From: Desulfobacterales bacterium
GTDB lineage: Bacteria > Desulfobacterota > Desulfobacteria > Desulfobacterales > UBA2174
Direction of reading: 5' to 3'
DNA: 64,000 nucleotides
Assembly: GCA_963668645.2 (NCBI GenBank)
Contig: CAXXWC010000006.1
Span: 32,001-96,000, forward strand
This document shows, piece by piece, positions 1 to 10,817 of this stretch (its first letter is position 1; every line of letters begins with the position of its first letter). The notes below the pieces were generated by a model, which saw nothing but the letters and a program-made list of their open reading frames with translations, was not told where the DNA came from and did no database searches. The position numbers and the translations under genes are program-made.

Positions 1-537
1 TCCCTCTTTTGGGTCTGCATGCCGGGATTCTGGCTGGCCCTCATTGCGCTTCTCGTATTTTCCATCCATCTGGACATCTTTCCCATCTCGGGACGCGGAG
101 GCCCCATCTGGACCCTAAAGGGGCTCAAGTATCTCATCCTCCCCGGCCTGGTCCTCGGCATCCGCCAGATCGCCATCGTCACCCGGCTGATCAGGGCCGG
201 AATGCTGGAAACACTCAATGCGGACTATGTGAGGACAGCACGCAGCAAAGGGCTTAGCGAACGGGTGGTCATTTACAGCCACGCGCTGCGCAACGCCATG
301 ATCCCCACGGTCACCATCTTCGGGCTCCAGATTCCGGAGATCATTTCCATGGGGGTCATCATCGAAATCGTGTTCGCCTGGCCGGGGATGGGCCGCCTCC
401 TGGTAGATGCGGTGTTCAAGTGTGATTACACCCTGGTTCAGGGAATAGTCTTCGTGTACGCCATTTTGGTGATCTTCATGAATCTGCTGGTCGATCTTCT
501 CTACGGGTATATCGATCCGCGCATCAAGACCGAATAG
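1..537 (+). CDS. dppB: Peptide/nickel ABC transporter permease (DppB/OppB-like), 5'-truncated by the window edge
   Basis: Frame open from base 1; EAA-loop motif DYVRTARSKGL..HALRNA; C-terminal DLLYGYIDPRI. Confidence 0.9.
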   Translation, partial: SLFWVCMPGFWLALIALLVFSIHLDIFPISGRGGPIWTLKGLKYLILPGLVLGIRQIAIVTRLIRAGMLETLNADYVRTARSKGLSERVVIYSHALRNAMIPTVTIFGLQIPEIISMGVIIEIVFAWPGMGRLLVDAVFKCDYTLVQGIVFVYAILVIFMNLLVDLLYGYIDPRIKTE

Positions 538-539
538 GG

Positions 540-1433
540 ATGGGGACAGAGACGATGTCGGCACAGAAAGTCGCTGGTGAAAAAAGCATTTTCAAAACCA
601 CCGTACGAAGGCTGAAAAAGGACAAGACCGCCGTAGCCGGATTCCTCATCATTGTATGTCTCGTGTTCTCGGCGTTCTTTGCCCCCTGGCTCACCCCCTA
701 CGATCCGGCCAAGCAAAACTACGAAGAGCTGCTCCTTCCCCCGTCCTTGCACAATCCGCTGGGCACCGATCAGTACGGCAGGGACATGCTCACCCGCATC
801 CTGTACGGGTGCCGCTATGCGATCCTCATCGGGGTCGCGGTGGTGGCCATTCAACTGGCCGTGGGGGTCAGTCTCGGACTGACCGCGGGATTCTACGGGG
901 GGATGACCGAATCGATCATCATGCGGTTCACCGACGTGATGCTGGCCATCCCGGGGGTCGTTTTGGCGGTTACCATCGCCGGCATGCTCGGAGGCGGCAT
1001 TCACAACTGCATCATCGCGGTGGGAGCGATCGGGTGGCGCGCCTACACGCGGCTCGTTCGCGCCGAGGTGCTCTCGATCAAGGAGAGCGTCTACATCGAA
1101 GCGGAACGTGCCATCGGGTGCAGCAACGCCCGCATCATCCTGCGCCACGTGCTGCCCAACGCCATCGGTCCGGTGATCGCCTACATGCCTCTGTCGGTGG
1201 CAAGCGCCATCATCTGGGCCGCGGCCCTGAGTTTCCTGGGCCTGGGGGCCCAGCCGCCCACTCCCGAATGGGGGGCGCTTCTGGCCGACGGCCGCGAATT
1301 CATGCAGGATGCCTGGTGGATCGCCACCTTTCCGGGCATCGCGATCCTCATTACCGTGATGGGGTTCAACTTCTTCGGAGACGCCCTGCGAAACGCCCTC
1401 GATCCCAAGACCATCAGGGGCATGGCGCGCTGA
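540..1433 (+). CDS. dppC: Peptide/nickel ABC transporter permease (DppC/OppC-like)
   Basis: LGTDQYGRD, RHVLPN, LSFLGLGAQPPTPEWG motifs. Confidence 0.92.
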   Translation: MGTETMSAQKVAGEKSIFKTTVRRLKKDKTAVAGFLIIVCLVFSAFFAPWLTPYDPAKQNYEELLLPPSLHNPLGTDQYGRDMLTRILYGCRYAILIGVAVVAIQLAVGVSLGLTAGFYGGMTESIIMRFTDVMLAIPGVVLAVTIAGMLGGGIHNCIIAVGAIGWRAYTRLVRAEVLSIKESVYIEAERAIGCSNARIILRHVLPNAIGPVIAYMPLSVASAIIWAAALSFLGLGAQPPTPEWGALLADGREFMQDAWWIATFPGIAILITVMGFNFFGDALRNALDPKTIRGMAR

Positions 1434-1492
1434 CAAGGTGGCCCCGTACGCCACCGATATACACCTCCCTGCAATGTGAGGGGAAAAGAGAC

Positions 1493-2473
1493 ATGAAGCC
1501 TCTGCTGGAAATACAAAAGCTTGTGACCAATTACTATACCGAATACGGCATCGTGCACGCGGTGGACGAAGTCAGCTTTACCATCCCGCGCGAGCGAACC
1601 GTGGGCATCGTAGGAGAGAGCGGATGCGGCAAGTCCGTCACCGCCATGTCCGTCATGGGGCTGATTCAGCCCCCGGGTAAAATCGACGGGGGCGCCATCA
1701 TCTACCACAGGAACGGGAAAAGCGTGGATCTGGCCGCCCTCGATCCCAAGGGCGGTCTGATGAGATCCATCCGGGGCAACGAAATCGCCATGATCTTCCA
1801 GGAGCCCATGACCTCCCTCAACCCGGTGTTCACCGTGGGCCGGCAGATCATGGAATCGATCATGCTCCATCAGAACCTGGGCAAGAGCGAGGCGCGACAA
1901 CGTGCCGTGGAGATGCTCCAGAAGGTGGGGATCCCCCTTGCAGACCAGCGGGTGGACGAATACCCCCACCAGCTCTCGGGGGGGATGCGGCAGCGGGCCA
2001 TGATCGCCATGGCTCTGTCGTGCAACCCCTCCCTGTTGATCGCCGACGAGCCCACCACCGCCCTGGACGTGACCATCCAGGCCCAGGTGCTCGACCTGAT
2101 GATGGCACTGCGGGAAGAATTCAAGACCTCGATCATGATGATCACCCACGACCTGGGCGTCGTCGCGGGGATGGCGGACGAAGTCATCGTCATGTACCTG
2201 GGGCGGGTGGTGGAGCAGGCCCCGGTCAGGGGCATCTTCAACTGCCCCAAGCACCCTTATACCAAGGGGCTGCTCGAATCGGTCCCGGCCATCACTTCCA
2301 CCCAGGAAATGCTCCGGTCGATCACAGGCGTGGTTCCCGATCCTTTCGATATCCCCAGAGGATGCCGGTTCGCCCCCCGGTGCAGCGAAGCCTTGGACCA
2401 GTGCAACGCTGAAGAACCCCCACTTTGCGAAATCTCCCTGGGCCATATGGTTGCCTGCTGGAAATGCCGATAG
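1493..2473 (+). CDS. dppD: Peptide ABC transporter ATP-binding protein (DppD/OppD)
   Basis: ATG at 1493 after a purine-rich [29 protein letters not shown]-terminal GCRFAPRC. Confidence 0.92.
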   Translation: MKPLLEIQKLVTNYYTEYGIVHAVDEVSFTIPRERTVGIVGESGCGKSVTAMSVMGLIQPPGKIDGGAIIYHRNGKSVDLAALDPKGGLMRSIRGNEIAMIFQEPMTSLNPVFTVGRQIMESIMLHQNLGKSEARQRAVEMLQKVGIPLADQRVDEYPHQLSGGMRQRAMIAMALSCNPSLLIADEPTTALDVTIQAQVLDLMMALREEFKTSIMMITHDLGVVAGMADEVIVMYLGRVVEQAPVRGIFNCPKHPYTKGLLESVPAITSTQEMLRSITGVVPDPFDIPRGCRFAPRCSEALDQCNAEEPPLCEISLGHMVACWKCR

Positions 2474-2485
2474 GAGGACCCCCAC

Positions 2486-3523
2486 GTGACGCCGAACAAA
2501 AATCTTCTGGAAATCCAGGGCCTCAGCAAATACTTTCCCATCCGCAAGGGAATATTACGAAGGGTGGTGGGATACATAAAAGCCGTGGACGGCATCGATC
2601 TGGCGGTCCGGGAAGGGGAAACCCTGGGGCTGGTGGGTGAAAGCGGATGCGGCAAGACCACCACGGGCAGGTGTATCCTCAGGCTGCTCGACCCCACGGA
2701 CGGGCACATCTTTTTCAGGCAGCCGGTCAAGACCGACGAAAAGAAGGGATATCAGCGGCTGGACATCTCCATCGCCACAGGGCCGGCCCTCAAGGCACTG
2801 CGCAAGGATATGCAGATCATCTTCCAGGATCCTTTCTCCTCTCTGAGCCCCCGGATGACCGTGGGGGCGCTGGTGGAGGAACCGCTCATCGTGCACAGAC
2901 TGGCACCGAACAGGAAAGAGCGCGAGGCGAAAGTCGCCCAGATCCTCTCGGCAGTGGGCCTCAAGCCTGATCACATGCGCCGCTATGCCCACGAATTTTC
3001 CGGTGGCCAGCGCCAGCGCATCGCCGTAGCCCGGGCCCTGGCCACTGAACCCCGACTCATCGTGGCCGACGAGCCGGTGTCCGCCCTGGATGTGTCCATC
3101 CAGGCCCAGGTGCTCAACCTGCTACGGAACCTGCAAAAGGAACGCAACCTCACCTATCTGTTCATCACCCACGATCTGTCCGTGGTCAAACACATCAGCG
3201 ATCGCATCGCCGTGATGTACCTGGGAAAGATCGTGGAACTGGCTTCGAGCTGCGCTCTCTTTTCTGCCCCCAGGCATCCTTATTCCGAGGCCCTCATGTC
3301 GGCTGTGCCCATCGCCAACCCGGACTACAAGACGCATCGCATCCTGCTCAAGGGCGACGTGCCCAACCCCGCGGACCCGCCCCGCGGATGTCACTTCCAC
3401 CCCCGGTGCCGGTATGCCCGGGAGGTGTGCCGCCAAAAGCGGCCCCATTTGCGCAAAGTGGCAGACGGGCATATGGTGAGCTGCCATCTGAGCGAGTCCC
3501 TTGACCTGGCAACCATCCAGTAG
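2486..3523 (+). CDS. dppF: Peptide ABC transporter ATP-binding protein (DppF/OppF)
   Basis: GTG start with [34 protein letters not shown]. Confidence 0.92.
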   Translation: MTPNKNLLEIQGLSKYFPIRKGILRRVVGYIKAVDGIDLAVREGETLGLVGESGCGKTTTGRCILRLLDPTDGHIFFRQPVKTDEKKGYQRLDISIATGPALKALRKDMQIIFQDPFSSLSPRMTVGALVEEPLIVHRLAPNRKEREAKVAQILSAVGLKPDHMRRYAHEFSGGQRQRIAVARALATEPRLIVADEPVSALDVSIQAQVLNLLRNLQKERNLTYLFITHDLSVVKHISDRIAVMYLGKIVELASSCALFSAPRHPYSEALMSAVPIANPDYKTHRILLKGDVPNPADPPRGCHFHPRCRYAREVCRQKRPHLRKVADGHMVSCHLSESLDLATIQ

Positions 3524-3550
3524 GCTGTATTTTTTCTGTAAGGAGCGATC

Positions 3551-4660
3551 ATGATCGAAATCGACGATTATACCGGCTGGGTCTTCGAAACGCTGCACCG
3601 GCTCCCCGAGCCTGGCCTGCAAGAATTTGAGACTGCCCGCTTCCTGGCCGGGGAGCTGGAACGGTTCGGCTACGAGGTGACCAGCGGGGTTGGAGAAACC
3701 GGGATCGTGGCAACAATGGAAAGCGGGGTTGCGGGACCGGTGCTCGGGGTGCGGGCCGACATGGATGCCTTGCCCTTCGAGGTCGGCGGCAAGATCGAAC
3801 ATATCCATGCCTGCGGCCACGACGCCAACTGCACCATGGTGCTCGCCGCGGCCCGGGCCGTGGCGGCCCGGGGCATCGCCCGGGGCAAACTGAAAATCAT
3901 CTTCCAGCCGGCCGAGGAAACTTTTCTGGGCGCCCGGCAGATGGTGGCAAGCCGTCTTTTGGATGATCTGGAAGAGCTGGTGGGGATCCATCTGCGGCCG
4001 GCGCAGGAACTCGGTTTCGGCCGGGCCGTGGCGGCGGTCTACCATGCGGCTGCCTATCGCATCAGGGCCCTGGTCAAGGGCCGGCCGGCCCACAGCGCCA
4101 AACCGCATCTGGGGATCAATACCATTGATGCCGCAGCCCTGGCCGTCAACGCCGTCAACGCCTTGCGGCTCGATCCGCTGGTACCCCATTCGGCCAAGGC
4201 CACCACTATCCGGTCCTTGGGCACGGCCCACAACATCATCCCCGACCGGACCGAGGTGGTCTTCGATCTCAGGGCCCAGCGCAACGAGACCATGGACGAG
4301 CTGATCCAGAAGGTCAAAAACGCCGTCACGGGCAGTGTCGGCACCCTGGGAGCCGAAGTGGAGATGGAAGATATCGGCGGGGTGCCGGCAGCGGTCTATG
4401 ATCCGCAAATCATCGCCACCGCCGAGGCTGCCATCGCCGAGGTCCTGGGGGAGGCCGATGCGCCGATCATCAATCCGGGAAGCGAAGATTTTCACGTGTT
4501 CACCCTGACCTATGGCCTGAAAAGCGCCTATCTCGGCATAGGGGCTGACCTGAAGCCCGGGCTTCACGACCCGCAGATGTCATTCGACCACCAGGCGTTG
4601 CACCACGGCCGGCAGATCCTTGAAAAGGTGGTGGCCAAACGGCTGGGACAGGCCGGTTGA
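3551..4660 (+). CDS. M20D-family amidohydrolase
   Basis: RADMDAL, HACGHD, FQPAEE, SEDF and GLH motifs. Confidence 0.9.
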   Translation: MIEIDDYTGWVFETLHRLPEPGLQEFETARFLAGELERFGYEVTSGVGETGIVATMESGVAGPVLGVRADMDALPFEVGGKIEHIHACGHDANCTMVLAAARAVAARGIARGKLKIIFQPAEETFLGARQMVASRLLDDLEELVGIHLRPAQELGFGRAVAAVYHAAAYRIRALVKGRPAHSAKPHLGINTIDAAALAVNAVNALRLDPLVPHSAKATTIRSLGTAHNIIPDRTEVVFDLRAQRNETMDELIQKVKNAVTGSVGTLGAEVEMEDIGGVPAAVYDPQIIATAEAAIAEVLGEADAPIINPGSEDFHVFTLTYGLKSAYLGIGADLKPGLHDPQMSFDHQALHHGRQILEKVVAKRLGQAG

Positions 4661-4784
4661 AAATCTGCGCGGCACCGGGGTTGCGGGTTGAATCGAATCG
4701 GGATTAAATAACATTAGCTTCTTTCCCGCAACCAAAGGACGGCCCTGGCGTTTGAGCAAATCATCCGGGCCCATGGAGGCCATC

Positions 4785-5786
4785 ATGCGAACCATCCGGC
4801 GCTCGACCTTGGCCGCGATCATGGCCATCGCGCTGCTGGCGGGCTGTGAAAAGGAACCCGTCCAGCCGCCACCTTCCACGGCACCAACCGGAACCGTCGT
4901 CATTATCGGCACCGGCCCGGTGGATGGGTTGGACTATGCCACCGCAGGCGCCATGGCCGCCATCGCCAACCGGCACCTGCCGGTTCACCGGCTGCGCTTC
5001 GTGGTCGAACCCTTTGAAAGTCCCGCCGATGCTCTCCGTGCCGTCCTGGCCGGCGACCTGCAACTGGCCATGGTCGCCGCCGACCTCCAGTTTCAGGCCG
5101 TCAAGGGGCAGGCCGAGTGGCAAACGGCAGGCCCCCAGGCAGAGCTGAGATCCTGTTTCGGGCTCTATGACGAGGTGGTCACCCTGGTGGCCGCCGTGGA
5201 TGCCGGGATCGAAACGGTTCAGGACCTGCGCGGCCGGCGCGTCGGCATCGCCAGCCGGGGATCAGACCAGCGCCGCCATGCCATGGCGGCCCTGGAAGGC
5301 GCCGGATTGAATCTCTCCGAAGACATCATGGCCGACGCCGCGGTGATCTCGGCGGCACCCGGCCTGCTCCAGGAGGGCCGGATCGACGCTTTTTTCCTGA
5401 CCGTCGCTCATCCCCACCAGGCCATTCTCGAGGCCGCCTTCGGGCGCCGCAAGGTGCGCCTCGGAGCCCTGGAGGGGCTCGGCCAAGTCCTGGAAGCCCT
5501 TCCTTACTACACTCCCGCCAAAATCCCCGTCAAACATTACCCGGCTTTCGAAAATGCGGCGGATGTCCCCGCCTTCGGCGTCAAGGCCACCGTCGTGACC
5601 GCCGCCCGAGTATCCCAAGATCCGGTCTACACCCTGGTTAAGGAAATTTTTGAGAACCTGGAGGTCTTGAAAACGATGCACCCGGCCTATGCCGACTTGA
5701 CCCGCGAGGGGATGCGCCAGGGGCTCACGGCCGAGCTTCACCCCGGAGCGGTCCGGTATTTGCGCGAAGCGGGGTTGATGGATTGA
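4785..5786 (+). CDS. TAXI-family TRAP solute-binding lipoprotein
   Basis: GGAGG RBS before ATG 4785; lipobox LLAGC; DLRGRRV, GRIDAFF and LHPGAVRY motifs. Confidence 0.85.
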   Translation: MRTIRRSTLAAIMAIALLAGCEKEPVQPPPSTAPTGTVVIIGTGPVDGLDYATAGAMAAIANRHLPVHRLRFVVEPFESPADALRAVLAGDLQLAMVAADLQFQAVKGQAEWQTAGPQAELRSCFGLYDEVVTLVAAVDAGIETVQDLRGRRVGIASRGSDQRRHAMAALEGAGLNLSEDIMADAAVISAAPGLLQEGRIDAFFLTVAHPHQAILEAAFGRRKVRLGALEGLGQVLEALPYYTPAKIPVKHYPAFENAADVPAFGVKATVVTAARVSQDPVYTLVKEIFENLEVLKTMHPAYADLTREGMRQGLTAELHPGAVRYLREAGLMD

Positions 5787-5820
5787 CGGTGGCTTGAAAA
5801 CGCCACAACATCCTTTACGG

Positions 5821-6834
5821 CTAATCCCAGATTCCCGTGATAGCCGTGCCGCAGGTATCGCAGCGGCCGCCAGCCATGCGAACGGCCCCCACCTGAAAGC
5901 CGCAACGGGCGATCACGGTGCGCCCGCACCCCGGGCAGAGCGTGTCCTCCCCGCCCTGGCCGGGGACATTGCCGATATAGACATGGCTCAGTCCGGCCGC
6001 CAATCCGATCTCCCGGGCCGCCAGAAGGGTGGCCACCGGGGTCGGACCCCGGTCGGTCAGACGATAGGTGGGGTGAAAACGGCTCACATGCCATGGCGTC
6101 TGCGGGCCGAGGGTCTCGACCAGAAAAGCGGCCAGGGCCTTAAGCTCCCGGGCACTGTCGTTGAGCCCGGGAATCACCAGGGTGGTGACCTCCACCAGGA
6201 TGCCCCGTTCACGCATCTGCTGCAAGGTTTCGGTCACCCCGGCCAGACGGGCTCCGCAATAGGTGCGATAAAAATCATCCGAATACGATTTGAGATCCAC
6301 GTTGGCCGCATGCAGATGGGGATGGATCTCGTCCAGGGCCTCGGGCGTCATATACCCGTTGGTGACAAAAACGTTGCGCAGTCCCCGCGCGGCGGCCAAC
6401 CGCGCCGTGTCGCGGGCGAATTCGAAGAAAACGGTCGGTTCGGTGTAGGTGTAGGCGATGGTCCGGCATCCCCGGGCCACGGCATCGGAGACCACCGCCT
6501 CGGGGGTGACCGTCTGGCCGGCGATGGCGCCGCCCCGGTCGGCAGGCAACTGGGCGATATCGGCGTTCTGGCAGAAGCGGCAGCGGAAATTGCACCCTAC
6601 CGTGGCGATGGAGTAAGACCGGGTGCCGGGCAGGACGTGGAAAAGCGGTTTTTTTTCGATGGGATCCACATGCCGGGCGATCAAGCGGCCGTAGACCAGC
6701 GTGTGCAATTTACCCTGGCGGTTTTCGCGCACATGGCACAGGCCGCGGCGTCCCGGTTTGATGTGGCAGCGGTGATGGCACAGATCGCAATACACCGTCT
6801 GTGCTTCGCCCTGGCGGAATAACGACGCTTCCAT
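5821..6834 (-). CDS. amrS: AmmeMemoRadiSam-system radical SAM enzyme
   Basis: N-terminal CDLCHHRC, DPIEKKPLFH, CNFRCRFCQN, YTYTEP, C-terminal CPGC...CDTC. Confidence 0.88.
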   Translation of the reverse strand: MEASLFRQGEAQTVYCDLCHHRCHIKPGRRGLCHVRENRQGKLHTLVYGRLIARHVDPIEKKPLFHVLPGTRSYSIATVGCNFRCRFCQNADIAQLPADRGGAIAGQTVTPEAVVSDAVARGCRTIAYTYTEPTVFFEFARDTARLAAARGLRNVFVTNGYMTPEALDEIHPHLHAANVDLKSYSDDFYRTYCGARLAGVTETLQQMRERGILVEVTTLVIPGLNDSARELKALAAFLVETLGPQTPWHVSRFHPTYRLTDRGPTPVATLLAAREIGLAAGLSHVYIGNVPGQGGEDTLCPGCGRTVIARCGFQVGAVRMAGGRCDTCGTAITGIWD

Positions 6835-6870
6835 CCTCAGCCTCCTTGGCCACGAAGAACCGGTGCGGTG

Positions 6871-7611
6871 CTAGCCGGCCACCGGTCGATGCTTGGGCGG
6901 GCAGGTCAGCTCCAGCGGGCGCACCCGGAAGCGCGGCACCGGGGTAACCACCACCGCCAGGAAAGCCCCGAAAGGAGAATACTGGATCGGCCCGAGCCCC
7001 TCGAACCATTGCAGGGCCCCGCCCGGATAGAGCGAAAATTGGCCCACGCTACGCCAGGCAACCGGCACGTTTCCCAAAAGCTCGCATACGTAGCGCTGGA
7101 TCTGCCAAAGGGTGTAAGGCCGGGCCCGGTCCAGGGGAGACGGGGCGAAAAAGTGGGCCGCCCGGCGCCACCAGCGATGCAGGCTATAGCGGTTCCAGAC
7201 CCCGATGAACACCTGGTCCCTGGTCACGCGAAAGGCCTCGGCCAAGGCCCGGGAAGGATCCTCGACATACTCCAGACTCAGAAAAAATACGGTGTGATGG
7301 AAGGTATTGTCTTCAAAAGGAAGGGCTTCGGCGGTCCCCCGGCGCAGTTCGACGCGCTTTCCGAAGCGTTCGCCAGCGATGTCGAGCATATACGGCGAAG
7401 GATCGATGCCGGTGACATCGCACCCGGCTTCGACCAGGGCCGCCAAATGCCCGCCTGTGCCGCAGCCGATCCCGAGCACGGAATCCAGGCGCCGGGGGGC
7501 GAGCATCTCCATCATCAGCCGGGTCTGGACTTGGAGCGCCCGGACCACGGCCGGTCTTTCGGTCCAGCTTCGCCAGCTCTTTGCGTCTTGAAAGTCGAAG
7601 ACGTAACCCAT
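6871..7611 (-). CDS. Class I SAM-dependent methyltransferase
   Basis: Probable start MGYVFDF; motif I IGCGTG, GIDPS, AEALPF; the longer upstream part of the computed ORF lies antisense to phoB. Confidence 0.8.
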   Translation of the reverse strand: MGYVFDFQDAKSWRSWTERPAVVRALQVQTRLMMEMLAPRRLDSVLGIGCGTGGHLAALVEAGCDVTGIDPSPYMLDIAGERFGKRVELRRGTAEALPFEDNTFHHTVFFLSLEYVEDPSRALAEAFRVTRDQVFIGVWNRYSLHRWWRRAAHFFAPSPLDRARPYTLWQIQRYVCELLGNVPVAWRSVGQFSLYPGGALQWFEGLGPIQYSPFGAFLAVVVTPVPRFRVRPLELTCPPKHRPVAG

Positions 7612-7694
7612 GTATCCTATGTATAGAGATCGGCCTCCGTTTTCAAGGCCCGACACGGGCCGGTGCCTTGACCGGCGCCGCTGGCAGCCTGCGA

Positions 7695-7723
7695 TAAAAC
7701 CCAATCCTAACCGAGACCTAACC
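7695..7723 (+). promoter_or_regulatory. Pho-box-like direct repeats upstream of phoB
   Basis: taaaacc (7695), cctaacc (7706), cctaacc (7717): exact 11-bp period typical of OmpR/PhoB sites. Confidence 0.55.
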
Positions 7724-7830
7724 CTTTTCGAATATGTGCCCAATATGGTACGCACATTTTGCCACGGCAGGAATCTTGAATGCCCGCCGATCCGGGTCGG
7801 ACCGGCGGCGAAACCTTTCGGAGCCCGAAC

Positions 7831-8523
7831 ATGAAAAAAGAAACCATTCTGGTGGTCGACGACGAGGAAGACATCCTGGAACTGATCCGCCACCACCTGC
7901 AGCGGGAAGGGTATACCGTGGTCTGCGCCGCTTCGGGTGAAAAGGCGCTCAAACTGACCCGCCAGGAGCCTCCGGACCTGATCATTCTCGATCTCATGCT
8001 GCCGGGCATCGGCGGCCTGGACGTAGCCCGCCACCTGAAAAGCGACGCCCGCTGCCGCACCATCCCCCTGATCATGCTCAGCGCCAAGGGCGAGGAGGCT
8101 GATGTGGTCACCGGACTGGAGCTCGGTGCGGCGGATTATGTGACCAAACCTTTCAGCCCCCGAATCCTGCTGGCCCGCATCAAGGCCGTTTTGCGCCGCC
8201 AGGCCGGTCCGTCCACGGCAGAGGACGAGGTGGTCTCGATCCACGATCTGCTCATTCATCCGGGGCGCCGCGAGGTGCGGGTCTCCGATGTGCAGGTTGA
8301 ATTGACCTACACGGAATTTCAGGTCCTCTACTGCCTGGCACGGCGCCCGGGGTGGGTCTTTACCCGTTCGCAGATCGTCGATGCGGTGCGCGGCGACAAC
8401 TATCCGGTCACGGATCGCAGCGTCGACGTACAGATCGTCGGGTTGCGCAAGAAGCTCGGAGAAGCCGGCCGCTTCATCGAAACCGTTCGCGGCGTCGGCT
8501 ACCGCTTCAGCGAGGCTCCATGA
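7831..8523 (+). CDS. phoB: PhoB/PhoP-type response regulator (OmpR family)
   Basis: ILVVDDE, LDLMLP, ADYVTKPFS, RSVDVQI, IETVRGVGYRF. Confidence 0.85.
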   Translation: MKKETILVVDDEEDILELIRHHLQREGYTVVCAASGEKALKLTRQEPPDLIILDLMLPGIGGLDVARHLKSDARCRTIPLIMLSAKGEEADVVTGLELGAADYVTKPFSPRILLARIKAVLRRQAGPSTAEDEVVSIHDLLIHPGRREVRVSDVQVELTYTEFQVLYCLARRPGWVFTRSQIVDAVRGDNYPVTDRSVDVQIVGLRKKLGEAGRFIETVRGVGYRFSEAP

Positions 8524-10292
8524 AGCCGCGCCCCCTCGTCTGGCGGATCTTCCCTTCGTATCTGCTGGTCCTGGTCCTGGCCCTGGCGGCCGTGACCACC
8601 TTCGGCGCCTTGGCCATGCGCCGCTTCTATCTCGATCAGACCGCATCGGTTCTCGAAGCGCGGGCGCGTCTCGTTTATCAGCAACTCCAACCGCATCTGG
8701 TTTCCGGCGATGCGGCGGGCATCGACGCGCTTTGCAAGACCGCCGGCCGCCTGTCCGAGACCCGCATTACCGTCATGAACCGTTTCGGCAAGGTTCTGGG
8801 TGACAGCCAGAACCCGCCCGAGGCGATGGAATATCACCAGGATCGCCCCGAATTCATCACGGCCCACGACGGCCGGATCGGAAGGTCGGTGCGCTACAGC
8901 ACCACCTTGAACCAGACCCTGATGTACGTGGCCATCGCGACCCCCGAAGCGATCATCCGCACGGCCCTGCCCATCTCGGCCATCGATCAGGCTCTGGCCA
9001 CCCTGCGCTGGCGCATCGCATCGGGAGGGGCCCTCATCGCCCTGATCGCCGCAGGCATCAGCTGGTGGGTCTCCCGGCGCCTGACCCGGCCCATCCAGGA
9101 ACTGCAAGCCGGTGCCGAGCGCTTCGCCGGGGGCAACCTCGAACACCGGGTGCCGGTCTATGATACGGTGGAACTGGCCACCCTGGCCCAGGCCATGAAT
9201 ACCATGGCGGCCCAACTGGCCGAACGCATCGAGCAGGCCGTTCGCCAGCGGATGGAAATCGCCGCGATCCTCTCCAGCATGGACGAGGGCGTCGTGGCCC
9301 TGGACGCCGAAGAGCGCATCCTGCGGGTCAATCGGGCCGCCGCCGATTTTTTCGGCGGCAAGCCACCGGACGACTACGAGGGACGCACCATCCAGGAAGT
9401 GGTACGCAACAACGAGTTGCTGCGCCTCGTGGCGCGGGCCTATGCCAGTGACAGCCGCGCCGAGACCGACATCGCCCTCTTCGATCCCGAAGAAAGAATC
9501 CTCTATGCGCGCTGCACCCCTTTGCGCAACGCCCAGGACCAGCCCATCGGACTGCTGCTGGTCCTGGGCGATGTCACCCACCTGCGCCGGCTGGAAAACA
9601 TGCGCAGGGATTTTGCCGCCAACGTTTCCCACGAGATCAAAACCCCCCTGACCGCCATCAAGGGATTTGTCGAAACCCTCTACCACGGCCAGGTGGACAA
9701 TCCGGACGAGACGCGCCGTTTTCTGGGGATCATCGAGCGCCACGTTCAGCGTCTGGCCACCCTTATCGAGGACCTGATGAAACTGTCGCGTATCGAGCGG
9801 GATGCAGAAACCCGCGAGATGCCGATGCAGACAGAAGAGATCGCACCGGTGGTGGCCGGCGCGGTGGATCTGTGCCAGGAGGCCGCCGCCGCGCGCCGGA
9901 TCAGTATCGACTATACCCCGCCCGCCCAACCGCTGCGAGGACGGATCGCGGCGCCGCTGCTGGAGCAGGCCATCGTCAATCTGATCGACAACGCCGTCAA
10001 GTACTCCGAACCCGACGCCAAGGTGGCGGTGGAAGTGGCCATGGCCGGGGAAGACTGCCGGATCGCGGTCACCGACCATGGCCCGGGGATCCCGCGCCAG
10101 CACCTGGCACGCCTCTTCGAACGCTTCTACCGGGTGGACAAGGCCCGCAGCCGCAAGCTGGGCGGCACCGGACTTGGGCTGGCGATCGTTAAACACATCG
10201 CCCAGGCCCATGGCGGACAGGTGGCCGTGGAAAGCACCCCGGGCAGGGGAAGCACCTTTACCCTTACACTGCCGCTGGAAAAATCACGATGA
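8520..10292 (+). CDS. phoR: PhoR-type sensor histidine kinase (HAMP-PAS-HisKA-HATPase)
   Basis: RRDFAANVSHEIKTPLT, NLIDNAVKY, FERFYRVDKARSRKLGGTGLGLAIVKH; ATGA overlap with phoB. Confidence 0.88.
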   Translation: MKPRPLVWRIFPSYLLVLVLALAAVTTFGALAMRRFYLDQTASVLEARARLVYQQLQPHLVSGDAAGIDALCKTAGRLSETRITVMNRFGKVLGDSQNPPEAMEYHQDRPEFITAHDGRIGRSVRYSTTLNQTLMYVAIATPEAIIRTALPISAIDQALATLRWRIASGGALIALIAAGISWWVSRRLTRPIQELQAGAERFAGGNLEHRVPVYDTVELATLAQAMNTMAAQLAERIEQAVRQRMEIAAILSSMDEGVVALDAEERILRVNRAAADFFGGKPPDDYEGRTIQEVVRNNELLRLVARAYASDSRAETDIALFDPEERILYARCTPLRNAQDQPIGLLLVLGDVTHLRRLENMRRDFAANVSHEIKTPLTAIKGFVETLYHGQVDNPDETRRFLGIIERHVQRLATLIEDLMKLSRIERDAETREMPMQTEEIAPVVAGAVDLCQEAAAARRISIDYTPPAQPLRGRIAAPLLEQAIVNLIDNAVKYSEPDAKVAVEVAMAGEDCRIAVTDHGPGIPRQHLARLFERFYRVDKARSRKLGGTGLGLAIVKHIAQAHGGQVAVESTPGRGSTFTLTLPLEKSR

Positions 10293-10792
10293 AACTGATC
10301 CTTTTGATGGCCGTGACCGCCGACGGCAAGATCGCCCGCAGCTCCGATCACTTCCCCGACTGGACCGGCCCGGCCGACAAGCGCTTCTTTGCCTGCCGCA
10401 GCCGCGAGGCCGGGGTGGTGATCATGGGCTCGAAAACCTTCGATACCCTGGCCAAGCCGCTGCCCGGACGCCGCAACATCGTGCTGAGCCGTGACCCGGC
10501 CCGGGTGAGCAGGCCGCCGCAGCTCGTCTTCACGTCCCGGCCCCCCGGCGAGATCCTGGCCGGACTGGCCACCGAAGGATTCAGCGAGGCGATTCTGGCC
10601 GGCGGGTCGCGCATCAACACCCTCTTTGCCGCCCGGGGCCTCATCGACGAGGTGATCCTGACCGTTTCCCCCCTGCTTTTCGGCCAGGGCATTTCACTCT
10701 TTAGCACCGGGCTGGACCTGCACCTCGAACTGCTCGACCTCCAGCGACTTGACGAACATCTGGTTTTGTTGCACTACCGGGTCACTTCTTGA
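10289..10792 (+). CDS. Dihydrofolate reductase/RibD-C family protein
   Basis: MAVTADGKI, VIMGSKTF, PLPGRRNIVLS, GLIDE; ATGA overlap with phoR. Confidence 0.8.
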   Translation: MKLILLMAVTADGKIARSSDHFPDWTGPADKRFFACRSREAGVVIMGSKTFDTLAKPLPGRRNIVLSRDPARVSRPPQLVFTSRPPGEILAGLATEGFSEAILAGGSRINTLFAARGLIDEVILTVSPLLFGQGISLFSTGLDLHLELLDLQRLDEHLVLLHYRVTS

Positions 10793-10817
10793 AACCTGAG
10801 GCGTATCGGAGGCCGCC

